A stretch of DNA of 64,000 nucleotides from a virus. The stretch lies in IMG/VR virus record IMGVR_UViG_3300042402_002687, positions 7,826-71,825 of that record; one strand, written 5' to 3'. Under the pieces are notes generated by a model, which did no database searches, was not told where the DNA came from, and worked only from the letters and a program-made list of their open reading frames with translations. Within the stretch, counting starts at the first letter, position 1. Each line of letters opens with the position of its first letter. A program made the position numbers and the translations under genes. Positions 9,928 through 21,200 of this stretch are shown one piece after another.

Positions 9928-12900
9928 TGTATAACCTTCCTTAAAGTAATTGAGTGATCCAATGTATCCCCAACACTTAGACTATGAGAAACAACCCAAT
10001 AGTCTGTATCTATTATACCAAGACTTTCTAGGTTGGATATTCTTATTCTATCCCCAATTTGAAGTGTTGGGATAGCAATTGTTTGAATATTAAGCACAGG
10101 AACTGGTTCACTAAACTTAGAGATTAGGAAGTCAGCAATTTCTTGGGCTTTTGCCGCACTATAAATATACTCATTATCAATAACAACTTCTTTAAGACCA
10201 TACTTCTTAATATCAGAAGACAACTCTGCACTTTGCTTTTTGATTAAATTAGAAGATTCCTGTTTAATTATTGGTGTTCCAGCAATTGCCGTATAGTCTT
10301 GTTCACCAGTCAATACATTGTTTCCTTGTATGAAAGCAAGACCTCCTTCATTTACCGAACTAGAGGCGGCCAATAGGAGTTGAGCAGTGTATGAACTTGT
10401 AGAGAATTTAACAATTTCTATTTCTGCTGGCGATGTGTTTGATATGGCAGTAATGAAGGGTTGTTGAATATTGAAAGCCGGTGCATTATCGTAAGATATT
10501 TCATAATATCTAGCCTCCCTTACAAGATCATTCGTGTAATGATCGGTAGCTTCCGTATCAAACTGCCCTCTCTCTATCCCCGCAAAACTGTTGGAACTAA
10601 TTGAAGTATATTTCATAACCTCATCATCAATCTTCAAATATCCGCTTGATGGGAATGGAGGGTCATTAGTTGTTGACACAAGCAAAACCGTGTCATTTGA
10701 ATCAATACCATCAGTAAGCCTGACAACACCAAGCGTTGCTGGATCTGGTGTTGCTGTCCAGATACCCTGTCTGTTAGAAACCAATGGGTTTTGCTCAGTA
10801 ACACTTATTGTTATTTTGTTTGATTGCAGTTGAACATTGTAGTCACCAGAAACTATATGACTATTACTACTAATTGTTTTTTGTATACTCGAATGTTGAG
10901 TAATAGATGGCTCGAAATATCTATAGAAATGATTGTATTGAAACTTATCTTCCTCGTTTGCATAAAACCTTCCAAAATCGGCTAAAGATATCGCATCAAC
11001 AATTTCTTTTGCGCTTTGATCGTTTCCATATAAATGAGGGAATACTGTTATTGGTCTAATCTGTGTAGAAAACCATCTGTTCTTTATGGTTTCCGCATCC
11101 AATGCCTTGTTATATATAGCAAACTCATCAATATAGAACCCTTTAGAGGCATTACCTATTTCAATATTCCCTACCCCGAAGTTTGATGCTGTCACATTAG
11201 TCTCAGTATCAACCAGCACACCATCGTGATAGTACTTTAATTTTGAGTCTTTATAAGTTACACAGATGTGATCCCATTTATCGGTATCAATTCCTGTATT
11301 TGAGCTAACTGTTTTACTTCCACTACCTGTATGCATAGTAAATCCATGAGCTGAGTTATTGTAGAAAAATGAGAATCCATAGTTAACGCTTGAGACAACT
11401 GTTTCATTTGTTAAGTATGTACCGTCACCTGTAAATGCACCGTTGTTAAATTTTACATAGGCTTCATAAGTAAATTCATTTGTGTATTGAGATGAAGAGG
11501 AATTCCCTAGATTTAAAGATTCATCATATGGAATTCTAATTGAAGATGTTGTTGATAAAAGAACTGATTTATTATTTGGCTCAGACACTAGACCCGAAGT
11601 GGTATCTATCGTTGGACTATTTATATAAAGACCATTATTGCGATAGTGATTTCTATTTTTAGCAGAAGATGTAAATGTTACATTTCTACACCCAGAAGAG
11701 TCTTCTGCTACTACTGTTCTACAACTAGCAGTTGTAACGCCTGCATAAGAGCCACCAGAAGCTTTTTGCTTCAAGTCTAGGGAGAAAGCAAACCCTGAAC
11801 CAACAATTCCTTCGGAATGGTAGAATTCAATTCTAATCTTATAAGGGACATTTGCATCAAGATCAAGATATCTCCCCATATAGTCGTAAGAAGTTAGTGA
11901 CCTAGGCGAAGACGCTGGAGCTGCGCCATTCCAGTAATCAATAATAATTGTGTCATCTAAATACATTCTCACACCAGAACTTGCTGTCAATAATTCAAAT
12001 GATTGATCTCCACTTGCTGTCGGGATGTAATAGCCATCAATTACGCCATTAAAGTATTCACTATAAGTATTGCTATCTTTTGTAAATGAAAAATTACTTA
12101 TATTTACAGCCAATGCTGTATTGGAAGAAAAACCATTTACTGATGTGTCAACTGTTGAGTAACTTGTGTAAGAAGGTGGTATGTATGCTTTTGAACCCAT
12201 TGCTTTGTCATAATCAGACAACTGCACATCTAAAGCATCTGCTTTAATGTCCTTAACTTCATTTTCTTTCCCCGATTCAATCTTCCATATCCTAGCCCTT
12301 AATCCATTCCCCGGAGTTACGGCATCTTCATCTCTCCAGATAGGTGATGAAAAAGAATAAGAAGCTATTGCATTCTTTTTGCTGTAGAGGGAATAGGGAA
12401 CAATCTGAGTAAATTCATTCTTGGAAATATTTGTCTGCATTAATAGATTCTCAACAGCATCGCCAACTGTTAAATTTTGCAAATAAAATCCTGTTGTAAT
12501 CTGTTTTTCAGTCAAGAACTTTGTTTTATCAAGGCAACGGACAGATACTTCCATCGAACTTCCACCAGACCACTCATCTATGTAGAATTCCCCACCGTTA
12601 ACATATTCGTATGGGTCAACTACGACTACTGCGTTTACAGAATGAGATTTTGCCGTTGTCCCTGCGTACCCTCTTTCTACAATTGTAACAACCTTATCAG
12701 TTCTGGAGGAGTAGAGAACGACTTCTCGGCTATCAGTTCCAGGATCAATAATTGCGGTAAAGTAGTTTGTGCTATTGCCTTGAGGGAAATAAGATGCATC
12801 ACTCAAAGTCATACTTGTTACTGATGTATTCATGGCGACTTTTAATTCATTTGATATTTGAATCTCATCAGTTTTTATAATCCTCCAGCCGTTATATATA

Positions 12901-13811
12901 TTTACTTTCAAATCTTTTTTCATATATTTACCATATGTTGATGTATCGTCAAATGGATTGAAAATCTTTGTTGTATTATCTAATGAAATTGATGCTGACG
13001 ATGAGCCAGTGCCGGCGATTGGGATTGAGTTTTCCCATAATTCTCCAGTTCTATCTATTGAATGAGATACGACATAATCCGTAACATCCACTTCATACAG
13101 AGGTATTGTTTCATTTATTCTTGCATTGTCTTGTTTGTTTTGAGTGCTATAGATTGTTACTCTTATTTTATCCACCATATCTGTTACTGCAGAGGTCGGC
13201 AATATATGGTCTTTATAGTATTCATCTTTTCCAATTGTGCCATTTGATGTGTGGAACAATGAATAAGTATTGTTATAAAAATCAACTTTATAACAACTTA
13301 TTTTCCCATAAAATTCTGATGTTACTATTCTTACTTTGTTAACTTTTCTTTGAGTAAAGCTGTACTCCACATATGGATTGGTTGTAAAAGAATAACCACC
13401 ATCGACATAGGCACTATTGGTTGAAACAGAATTTGATCTCCAGCCAAATTCGTAATTGTCTGACAGGTCGTTTGGCATTGCATGCCAATTGCCATCAGCA
13501 CGAATAATTTTCCCATTAGAATCTTTTTCATTTGCAATAGCCCAAGTAAATGCCTGTCTTTGCAAACCATTGACAGACTGCTGAGGAGTGAAGAAGTATC
13601 CACAAAGAGATGTATTACCTGCAAGCTGGTCAGGTCTTGTTCCCTTTGTGTTGGATGCGTATGAATCATTTGTTGCAATTGTTAGATTATCCAAATGTCT
13701 ACTGTCAAGGAAAGTGATTACAACTTTTGGTTTGACCTTTTGAGCATAGGCGTTGATTGCACTTTGGAAGTTTGTTGATAAAGTTTTGCCATTAATATCT
13801 TTTGTTAACAT
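9924..13811 (-). CDS. Large minor tail/baseplate hub protein with PA14 and LamG (ConA-like) domains
   Basis: PA14-like GVRMYLDD.IIDYW...YKIRIEFYH; LamG-like WDHICVTY...IDEFAIYNKAL; GGAGG RBS before ATG 13811. Confidence 0.8.
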   Translation of the reverse strand: MLTKDINGKTLSTNFQSAINAYAQKVKPKVVITFLDSRHLDNLTIATNDSYASNTKGTRPDQLAGNTSLCGYFFTPQQSVNGLQRQAFTWAIANEKDSNGKIIRADGNWHAMPNDLSDNYEFGWRSNSVSTNSAYVDGGYSFTTNPYVEYSFTQRKVNKVRIVTSEFYGKISCYKVDFYNNTYSLFHTSNGTIGKDEYYKDHILPTSAVTDMVDKIRVTIYSTQNKQDNARINETIPLYEVDVTDYVVSHSIDRTGELWENSIPIAGTGSSSASISLDNTTKIFNPFDDTSTYGKYMKKDLKVNIYNGWRIIKTDEIQISNELKVAMNTSVTSMTLSDASYFPQGNSTNYFTAIIDPGTDSREVVLYSSRTDKVVTIVERGYAGTTAKSHSVNAVVVVDPYEYVNGGEFYIDEWSGGSSMEVSVRCLDKTKFLTEKQITTGFYLQNLTVGDAVENLLMQTNISKNEFTQIVPYSLYSKKNAIASYSFSSPIWRDEDAVTPGNGLRARIWKIESGKENEVKDIKADALDVQLSDYDKAMGSKAYIPPSYTSYSTVDTSVNGFSSNTALAVNISNFSFTKDSNTYSEYFNGVIDGYYIPTASGDQSFELLTASSGVRMYLDDTIIIDYWNGAAPASSPRSLTSYDYMGRYLDLDANVPYKIRIEFYHSEGIVGSGFAFSLDLKQKASGGSYAGVTTASCRTVVAEDSSGCRNVTFTSSAKNRNHYRNNGLYINSPTIDTTSGLVSEPNNKSVLLSTTSSIRIPYDESLNLGNSSSSQYTNEFTYEAYVKFNNGAFTGDGTYLTNETVVSSVNYGFSFFYNNSAHGFTMHTGSGSKTVSSNTGIDTDKWDHICVTYKDSKLKYYHDGVLVDTETNVTASNFGVGNIEIGNASKGFYIDEFAIYNKALDAETIKNRWFSTQIRPITVFPHLYGNDQSAKEIVDAISLADFGRFYANEEDKFQYNHFYRYFEPSITQHSSIQKTISSNSHIVSGDYNVQLQSNKITISVTEQNPLVSNRQGIWTATPDPATLGVVRLTDGIDSNDTVLLVSTTNDPPFPSSGYLKIDDEVMKYTSISSNSFAGIERGQFDTEATDHYTNDLVREARYYEISYDNAPAFNIQQPFITAISNTSPAEIEIVKFSTSSYTAQLLLAASSSVNEGGLAFIQGNNVLTGEQDYTAIAGTPIIKQESSNLIKKQSAELSSDIKKYGLKEVVIDNEYIYSAAKAQEIADFLISKFSEPVPVLNIQTIAIPTLQIGDRIRISNLESLGIIDTDYWVVSHSLSVGDTLDHSITLRKVIQ

Positions 13812-14821
13812 TAAACCTCCTCCAAATCCATACTGCAATTCCAAAAGTATACGCCAGAATTCAAGTCTCTTCTTATGAGTTCTTCGTCATATCCAGTAAT
13901 GAATACATTGTACTCTGTTTCATCCAAAATGTCTTCGGGGTCTTCGCCGTATGACAAAATAGTTAATGTGTGTAAATCTGGATCTATTGATTTGTCTTTT
14001 ATGAAATTTCTTGCAAATCTTAAATCAATAGTCTGTTCTCTTTCTGAGGGCAGCCATTCCCAAGATAGTTTGAAACTAACTCTCCCAGCTTTGTCTGGGT
14101 TCTTGTAATATCTAGATTTAGAAGCATTCCAATTCTTTTTTTCAATAAAATTAGGTTTAGTTGAATTACTGTATTTACGATTCTGCCCAGTCAATGGTTG
14201 ACCGTCTAGCAGTAATAAAGAGACAATTGACCCAGGAGTGCGAGTATTGGGTGTAAAACGCAGGAGATCGGCAATGAGAAGGGTTACAGACGATGATAGA
14301 GGGCCTGTCTCAAGCACTCTAATTGTCCCTAAATCATTTATAATGATACTTAATAATTGAGTTAATATCGAGCCAGCAAATTTTATCCTTCTACCAGCAA
14401 CTACGACATCTGCTGAGCCAGATTGAGTGCTTGATGTGTGGCGGATTCTTCTTGCAACAGCAGAGGTGTCTGCCGACCCAGATGGAGTTGCTGCGGCTCT
14501 AGCGACTTTGAGGGAACTACTTGTAACATCTGCAGAACCAACAAGATAGGCAAAAGATGAAAATCCCTTTGTACTGGCTGAGATTGTTACAGTCGTAGCG
14601 TCTAGTGTTGCGCTTCCAGATATAATCTTCCTTGCTGCAAAAGTAATGTCAGCCAGACCAGACTGTGCATCATAGGTTGCACCACGAATTTGACCACCTT
14701 GGAATGTTCCAGTTACTTCAATTGTTAAAGCGCAAGATATTCCAATTAATGGTGTGCCGTTATAAAACCTTATTCCGGTTAATTGTTCGTTTATCTGCTG
14801 AAGTGGATCTCCGTCAGCCAT
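13811..14821 (-). CDS. Distal tail protein paralog with N-terminal repeat extension
   Basis: C-terminal ~130 aa homologous to the 14821-15219 product (WEWLPS..TID...LIRRD...EE); GSAD repeats in N-terminal part. Confidence 0.65.
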   Translation of the reverse strand: MADGDPLQQINEQLTGIRFYNGTPLIGISCALTIEVTGTFQGGQIRGATYDAQSGLADITFAARKIISGSATLDATTVTISASTKGFSSFAYLVGSADVTSSSLKVARAAATPSGSADTSAVARRIRHTSSTQSGSADVVVAGRRIKFAGSILTQLLSIIINDLGTIRVLETGPLSSSVTLLIADLLRFTPNTRTPGSIVSLLLLDGQPLTGQNRKYSNSTKPNFIEKKNWNASKSRYYKNPDKAGRVSFKLSWEWLPSEREQTIDLRFARNFIKDKSIDPDLHTLTILSYGEDPEDILDETEYNVFITGYDEELIRRDLNSGVYFWNCSMDLEEV

Positions 14822-15219
14822 TATGCTTCCTCAACGCTTAGACTTACTGAGTAATAATCACAACCAGTAGAAATATCCCTTCTTATTAAATCCTCTGAAT
14901 AATCCTCAATATAAACATATATCAACTCAGCCGGTCTTGCAGGGTCAAGTTTTATTGACATCGGTATCTTTGATCTTGTTGTCAAAGCTAAATCTTTAAT
15001 ATAATCTCTTGCCTTACGATTATCAATTGTATGGGAGGCTAGAGAGGGTAGCCATTCCCATTTGAAAGAAAATTTTCTCTTAGATGCTTTTATATATCTT
15101 TTTCGTACACCCTCGTCTAATTCAACATCTGATGCATTCAGGACTATTGAATCATTAATCTTGCGACCCTGCTCCGTCAACTCTTGTCCGTTAAGTGATA
15201 AAAAACTTATTACTGTCAT
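14821..15219 (-). CDS. Distal tail (Dit-like) protein
   Basis: Immediately downstream of the tape measure gene; paralog of the next gene. Confidence 0.6.
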   Translation of the reverse strand: MTVISFLSLNGQELTEQGRKINDSIVLNASDVELDEGVRKRYIKASKRKFSFKWEWLPSLASHTIDNRKARDYIKDLALTTRSKIPMSIKLDPARPAELIYVYIEDYSEDLIRRDISTGCDYYSVSLSVEEA

Positions 15220-18200
15220 TACAATCCTCTATTAATACCATTATAGGATTTTACAACTCTAGATTCAAGTCCAGCCTGTTTTTGATTAGCTGGTACAACC
15301 TTAACATTATATTCCTTCATCATTGTGTTGAACCATTCCGTTTCCCCAATAAAGTTGTCAACATAGAAGTTATAGTTGTGATTAGATTCAGAGGTTGAAA
15401 TCTGTTGTGATGAACCAGAGTTTGCAATCTTTGAATAATTAGCCATTGGAATATTGAGGGAAGGAACTTTTGGTGCATAGATTCCCTTATTCATTTGGTT
15501 AAGCATGTCCAATCCGTACTTATCAACAGCCTTCTTTCTGATTACAAATTCTCCACCATGAAGTGTTGCAGGGATTCCCATATTCATAGGACCAAATGTT
15601 GGACCCCCTTCTCCGTACATCATCATTCCACCCATACCGTATTTCATCTTTCCACCATTTGCATAGGGAATTGAGCCACCCTTAAATGCTGAAATCACTT
15701 GAGTGTATTTAATATATTGTGTAGAGTCCTTATATTTGCCATTGTATTCCCCTTCACTGACGCTAAAGAAGGCACCACCACCTTTTCTTGGTCTTACGAA
15801 ATACAGTGTCTTGGAACCATCACCAGCGCCTGCTGCTGTTTCTTTTGCATCAGCAATTGCCTTCTTCATAGCAGCAATGCCTCCAGCTCCCGCTTCTGCA
15901 ATCGCTTTAGAAAGAGCATCCTTTTGAATCTTTGCAAGTTCGTCATTGATTCCGGTTACAAGTTTTGCAGCAGCAGCAGCAACGCTTGCTTCTTTGCTCT
16001 TTGCCTCTGCAACCATCTTTGCAGCAGCATCTGTAATTGCTTGCGTAAATATTGAGGATGTTGTTTCAGGACCAGTTCCTGTTGTCTTTCCCTTAACATA
16101 TGCATTTACAGCGTCAAGACCTGTTCCATAAGAAGTTTGAATTGGACCACCAACTGCAAATGCTGTTGAAACACTTGAACCAATTCCACCGAGCATCCCG
16201 CTTGTAATTCCAAGAATTGAATTAGGATCAGACACTCCAGTTGCAAGACCAAACTTTGTTGCAGCAGTTGTTCTTAGCGATTCCAATCCTGTTGAGAAGA
16301 ATCCTGCTTGTGCAGTAATTGGATCCATTCCTGCTTGAATTTTTGCAGGAAGAGCTGTGAACAGTTCAGTAAACTTCGTTTGGATTCCAGTACTGGTAAG
16401 ACCTGCCTCAGTAAGCATCTTCCCAACTTGGTCTTTGAATTGCTCTTCTGTAAATGTTCCGTTCTCAAGTAGTTTTTCAGAATACTTTTCAAAGTCCTTT
16501 ATAGCCTGATCAAACTGCTTTGAGGCGGCTTCTCTTTGTGCCTTGATGATTTCAATTGCGTTATTGCGGTTGATTGATTGAAGTTCTCTTTGTCTTCCGG
16601 AATCTAAATCTGTAAGTTGCTCACTAAAGTCTTGGCTGTCCTTGAGTTCCTGAAGGTCAAGACTTCTTGCGTCATCAATTCTTCCTTCATAAATTGCAAG
16701 AGATCTATCTTTACGATTATTTTGCCTACGCAATTCGTTTTCACGAATCATTTTTCTTCTATTTGTTTCGTAAGCCTCTGTTGCAGTTAAAGCTTGCTCT
16801 GCCTCAGCAAGAGCATTGATTGCTTCTATTTGATCATCGAATACTTTGAGGGAAGCATCTTTCTGAGCGGTTAATTGCTCAGTTAATTCATCCTTAATCT
16901 TATTAACAGCCTCACCAAGTTTTCCAGATACAGCATCGAGAGCACTGTTGTTAAACTCGATTGTTGCCTGAATCTTTGCATCCTTAACTGCTGCTAAGGC
17001 ATCCTTAAGTGCCTCACCAGCTGCCTTGGCGGTTTCAGGGTTTTTGAATGCTTGCTCAAGCATATTCTTAACTGAGCTAAACAACCCCTTACCAGCACCT
17101 TCTGGGAGAAGATCTTTTGTTATAGCTGATAATTCTTTACCAAATTTCTTTTTTGAGTAATTTTTAAGAAAGTTAAATGGTGCATCCAGCATATCGCTAC
17201 GACTTCCAATTTGTCTCTTGGTGGCATCAATTATGCCGTCTATACCGTCTGATACACCATCGTATGCTGTATCAATAGCGCCAAGCATGCCATCAAACCA
17301 GTTAATCTGAGTACCTGATATATCTTTTCCAAAATCCTTAATTCCCTTTGCAACGCCCTTGAGGAAACCCATCCCTGGGATTCTTGAAATTAGTCCAGCA
17401 AGATTACCAAACCATTCAATAACTTTTCCAAGGGCTGTTGTAATACCTTTAGGAATCAACAAAATACCTTTAAGTATTAATTTGATAACTATAAAGATAC
17501 CTTTAGCAGTCAATCTCATTGCCTCAAGCATTAATTGTGGAATTATTTCCACAATATTATAAAGAAGTTGAAATGCCCATTTGAAAATTTGTATAAAAAG
17601 ATCCGTGAGTAACATTTTTATCATTGTCCCAATGGCTGTCGTTAGTTGCCCAATGCCTGCTTTTAGTTTCTTTTTAGCAGCTTCCATTTGTTTATCGGCA
17701 ACTTCTTTGTTGTAATCCTTGTCATCCTGAGTAGCAGGGCGACCTGCAGAAGCCGAAGTTGCTTTCCCTGTTGCTTCCACCCGCTTTTTGTTCTTGTTGG
17801 CAGCTGCATCAAATTTGGCTCCAATAACATCAAATATTCCACCAAAAACCGCCATAAACCCTCGGTACACACTTATGACAACAGCCAAGAATCTTCTAAA
17901 TGCTGGGGCTACTTTTGTTTCAACAAGAACTTTAACTTTAGTTAAAGTAGTATTTAACCAGCCAGAGAAACTTTCAAGTTTACTTCTCGCTTTATCTGTG
18001 CCCGATACTGCTGTTGAAGTGCCTCCAATAAGAACACCAACAAAATCTTCAAGAGGCTTAAGGAGTTCTTTGAATATATCTTTGATTTTCTTCCAAGATT
18101 CTTTGAAATTCTTAAGAGTGTCTCCAGATTTTGAACCCCAAGTCTTTTGGGTTTTGCTTAGTAAAGCAATTGATCCTGTTACTCCTGCAATTATCGCAAC

Positions 18201-21200
18201 AGCGGGTTTACCAACATAAGGAATTGCTGATAGACCTCTGAGCAAACCTTCAACAAGATTACCGCCTATCATTCCAGCCGTACCCATGTTCATTGTTGCC
18301 ATGTTTATACCTTGGCTTAGCCCCATGTTCAGTTGGTTGCTCAATCCTCCACCAGCACCTCTGGCACCGGATTTAATACCACCACCGAGTTTTGCCATCA
18401 TTGATTTTCTAATTTCTCCAAACATCCTTGTTCCATCATTCTTCAATGCGGTTAAGAAGCCTCTCCAACCTGTCCCTGCATTTTTCGCTTCGGAACCAGT
18501 CTGCTTCAAATATTTAAGGAAATCAAAAGTTCCCTTAGCGGCACCTACTGCTGCCTTCCCAATATTCCACATTGTAATTCCAAATGGCAATATTTTTAAT
18601 ACAGCATATGCAAAATGCGCGTGTACCTTTACAAGAACTTCAATAAGTTTCGCAGCAGTCTTATATGTCTTTTGAAGTGTAGTAGGAACTGGAATTGGCG
18701 CACCTGTTGGGGTTGGGTACAAAGGTCCACCCCCGCCCGCTCCGCCCGCTGGCGGAGTTACTGGTGGCTTTGCTCCACCACCTGTTGAGCCTCCACCTGT
18801 TTGCGGAGTTGCTGGAATAACTGGAGGAGTTGTGTTTTGAACAACAGTTTGCAATTTCTTGATTTGCTCACTAATTGTGTCATATATATCTTGGATGTTA
18901 GAACCCATAATCCTAGTCCAATTTTGTATTTCACTAGGATCCACCATAATTTTTTCAAGAGCTAATTGTAAAGAAAGAAGTTCATCTTCTGTTATTGTAG
19001 ATATTTTATTAATTAATAATTGAAGTTCATCTTCAATATTTGCATAATTTTTAACTTGAGGGAAGCTGCTAAGTTCTTGATTAATATAATCTATGCTCTC
19101 AGCAACCGTTCTTGCAAGAGTCGCAGATGGCGCAGGCGTATTATTGACAACTGGAAGAATTGCATCATAAGCATCGTCTGCCATTTCAGTTACACTTTCA
19201 ATAATTAAATTCTCAATATGTTCAAACATTGTTTCAAAAGGCAACTTGGTTGCTGCAGACAATTGATCTCGAATATCTGTTGGCATACCTTGAAGGTGGT
19301 TTAAAAGATCCACCAGTTCGTCATAAGGCATATTTACTGCTTCAATAATTAATTGAGCAATATTGGCAAGATACTCTGAAATGTCATTTGATACTTGAGT
19401 TATTTTTTCCTCAATAACCGGAACTTCAAGCATTGGTATTTGACCACTTGTTGCTTTAGTTACGGCAGTGTTAAACATATTTAAATCATTAACAAAATCA
19501 TCGGTAATTTTCTTAGAAACATCGTTAAGTTTTTCAGCCGCTTGCTTAACCTTATCTTCTGCTTGCGCCTTTGGTTTTGGCATGATTGGGAGAGGAACAA
19601 ATCCAGCTTGAAGAGTCACATAGTCTGCTGATTCAACAATGTTGTTAAAATGTTCTTTAATTATTCTCGTTGAATCTTCTAGATACCTTGCTGCTTTTCT
19701 TGACGCAACCTCCACCTGTCGACCTCTATCGTTCTCCCTCTTGGTGCCCTTAAGTAAATATCCAGCTATCAATTGCAATTCTTCTTCAGTTGCTCTTTCA
19801 AATAAATCCATTGCAAAACCGACTTCTTTTATTTCTTTTACAAGAGCTACAATTAATGGTTTTAATTGAGTTTGCCTATCCAAACCTGGACCAAATAGAC
19901 CTGAGCGAGCTGGCGTTTGAGATTGACTTGAACTTTGAGATTGAGTTCCACCAGTTGGTTTCTTTGTTCTTTTAGCAGCTTCTATTAATCTTTCTTTTGT
20001 CAACTCAATTGCATCGTATACATCGGAATTGGCAACAGTGTTTGCAAATAAAGCAAGATCTTTAAACATTTTAACAAACTCATCGTTTTTTGCAATTTTT
20101 GTAAAATCTTTATTAATAAGGTTGTCACGCATTTTTTCATACGCAACTTTTGGCTCGCTCAATGCTTGAGATAATGTTAGACCAAGAGTTGACAATGCTT
20201 TCTCAAGAAGAACCATTTGCTCTTTCATATCTGCCATTGGAGCAAGTGCAACACCTTTAAGATTTTCTTTAGAAAGGATTAAAGTATCAACATACCCCTC
20301 AACGGCCCGAGCTAACTCTTCACCAACCAAACCTAAATTCTTAAACATTTTTGTCGCAAGGTCTTCAACCACTGTACCAATCAATGGGTCGGGACCAGCA
20401 GCGGCACTAAGCGACCTTGGCTGTTGTTTCAATGATGAAAGAGGTACGAACGGAATTGCACCAAATTGATCAGGAACTAAACTTCTAACTATATTTTCTG
20501 ATGTAAGTGCGTTTGTAAGCAATTTTTCCTGTAAAGCCTTAACCATCTTTGCTGCCGACATTAGAGCAGAAACTGCTGCTTCAGCAGGAGGTGTTGCAAA
20601 ATCACGATCATAGCCAGATGCTTCCCATTGCTGTTCTGCTATATCATAAGCTCTCTGTATGGAGGCTTTGATTTGATTACCTGTACTAAGAATAGATTGT
20701 TCTTCCCTAGATCTTAGTTCTGAAGGTATTTTATAGATTGGCTCTAATTGTTTTTCAAAACCACTAACAATAGTCAGAGCTATTCTTCTTTTCTCTTCTT
20801 TATATTGATTAATTATTGATTGAAGTTGTGCAATTTCAGATTGAAGTCGAGACTGCTCTGCTGGGTCTTCTGCACTCATAAGTGCCTTTGTTGCTGTTAA
20901 AAGCGATTTCCTTGTTTCAGAAAGCCCTTGGGAAATAACCTCTGGTCTGGTTGTCAAGTATGGATTAGGAGCTTTTCTTTTGTACAGCTCTTCTTTTGAT
21001 AATGTAGAAATATCAAGTCTTCCAGTTTTAGAATTTTTTGTTCTATCAATTCTATTTCTTATATTTTCAATTGTTTCTTTTTGTATTGTATCGCTTGCCG
21101 TATATAATCTGTCAATCTCCCTTTTCTTTTCTGCAAGTTTATTTATTAATCTTTTTATTTCTTTTTCAATTTTAATTGAAGTGTCATCATTTACATCTCC

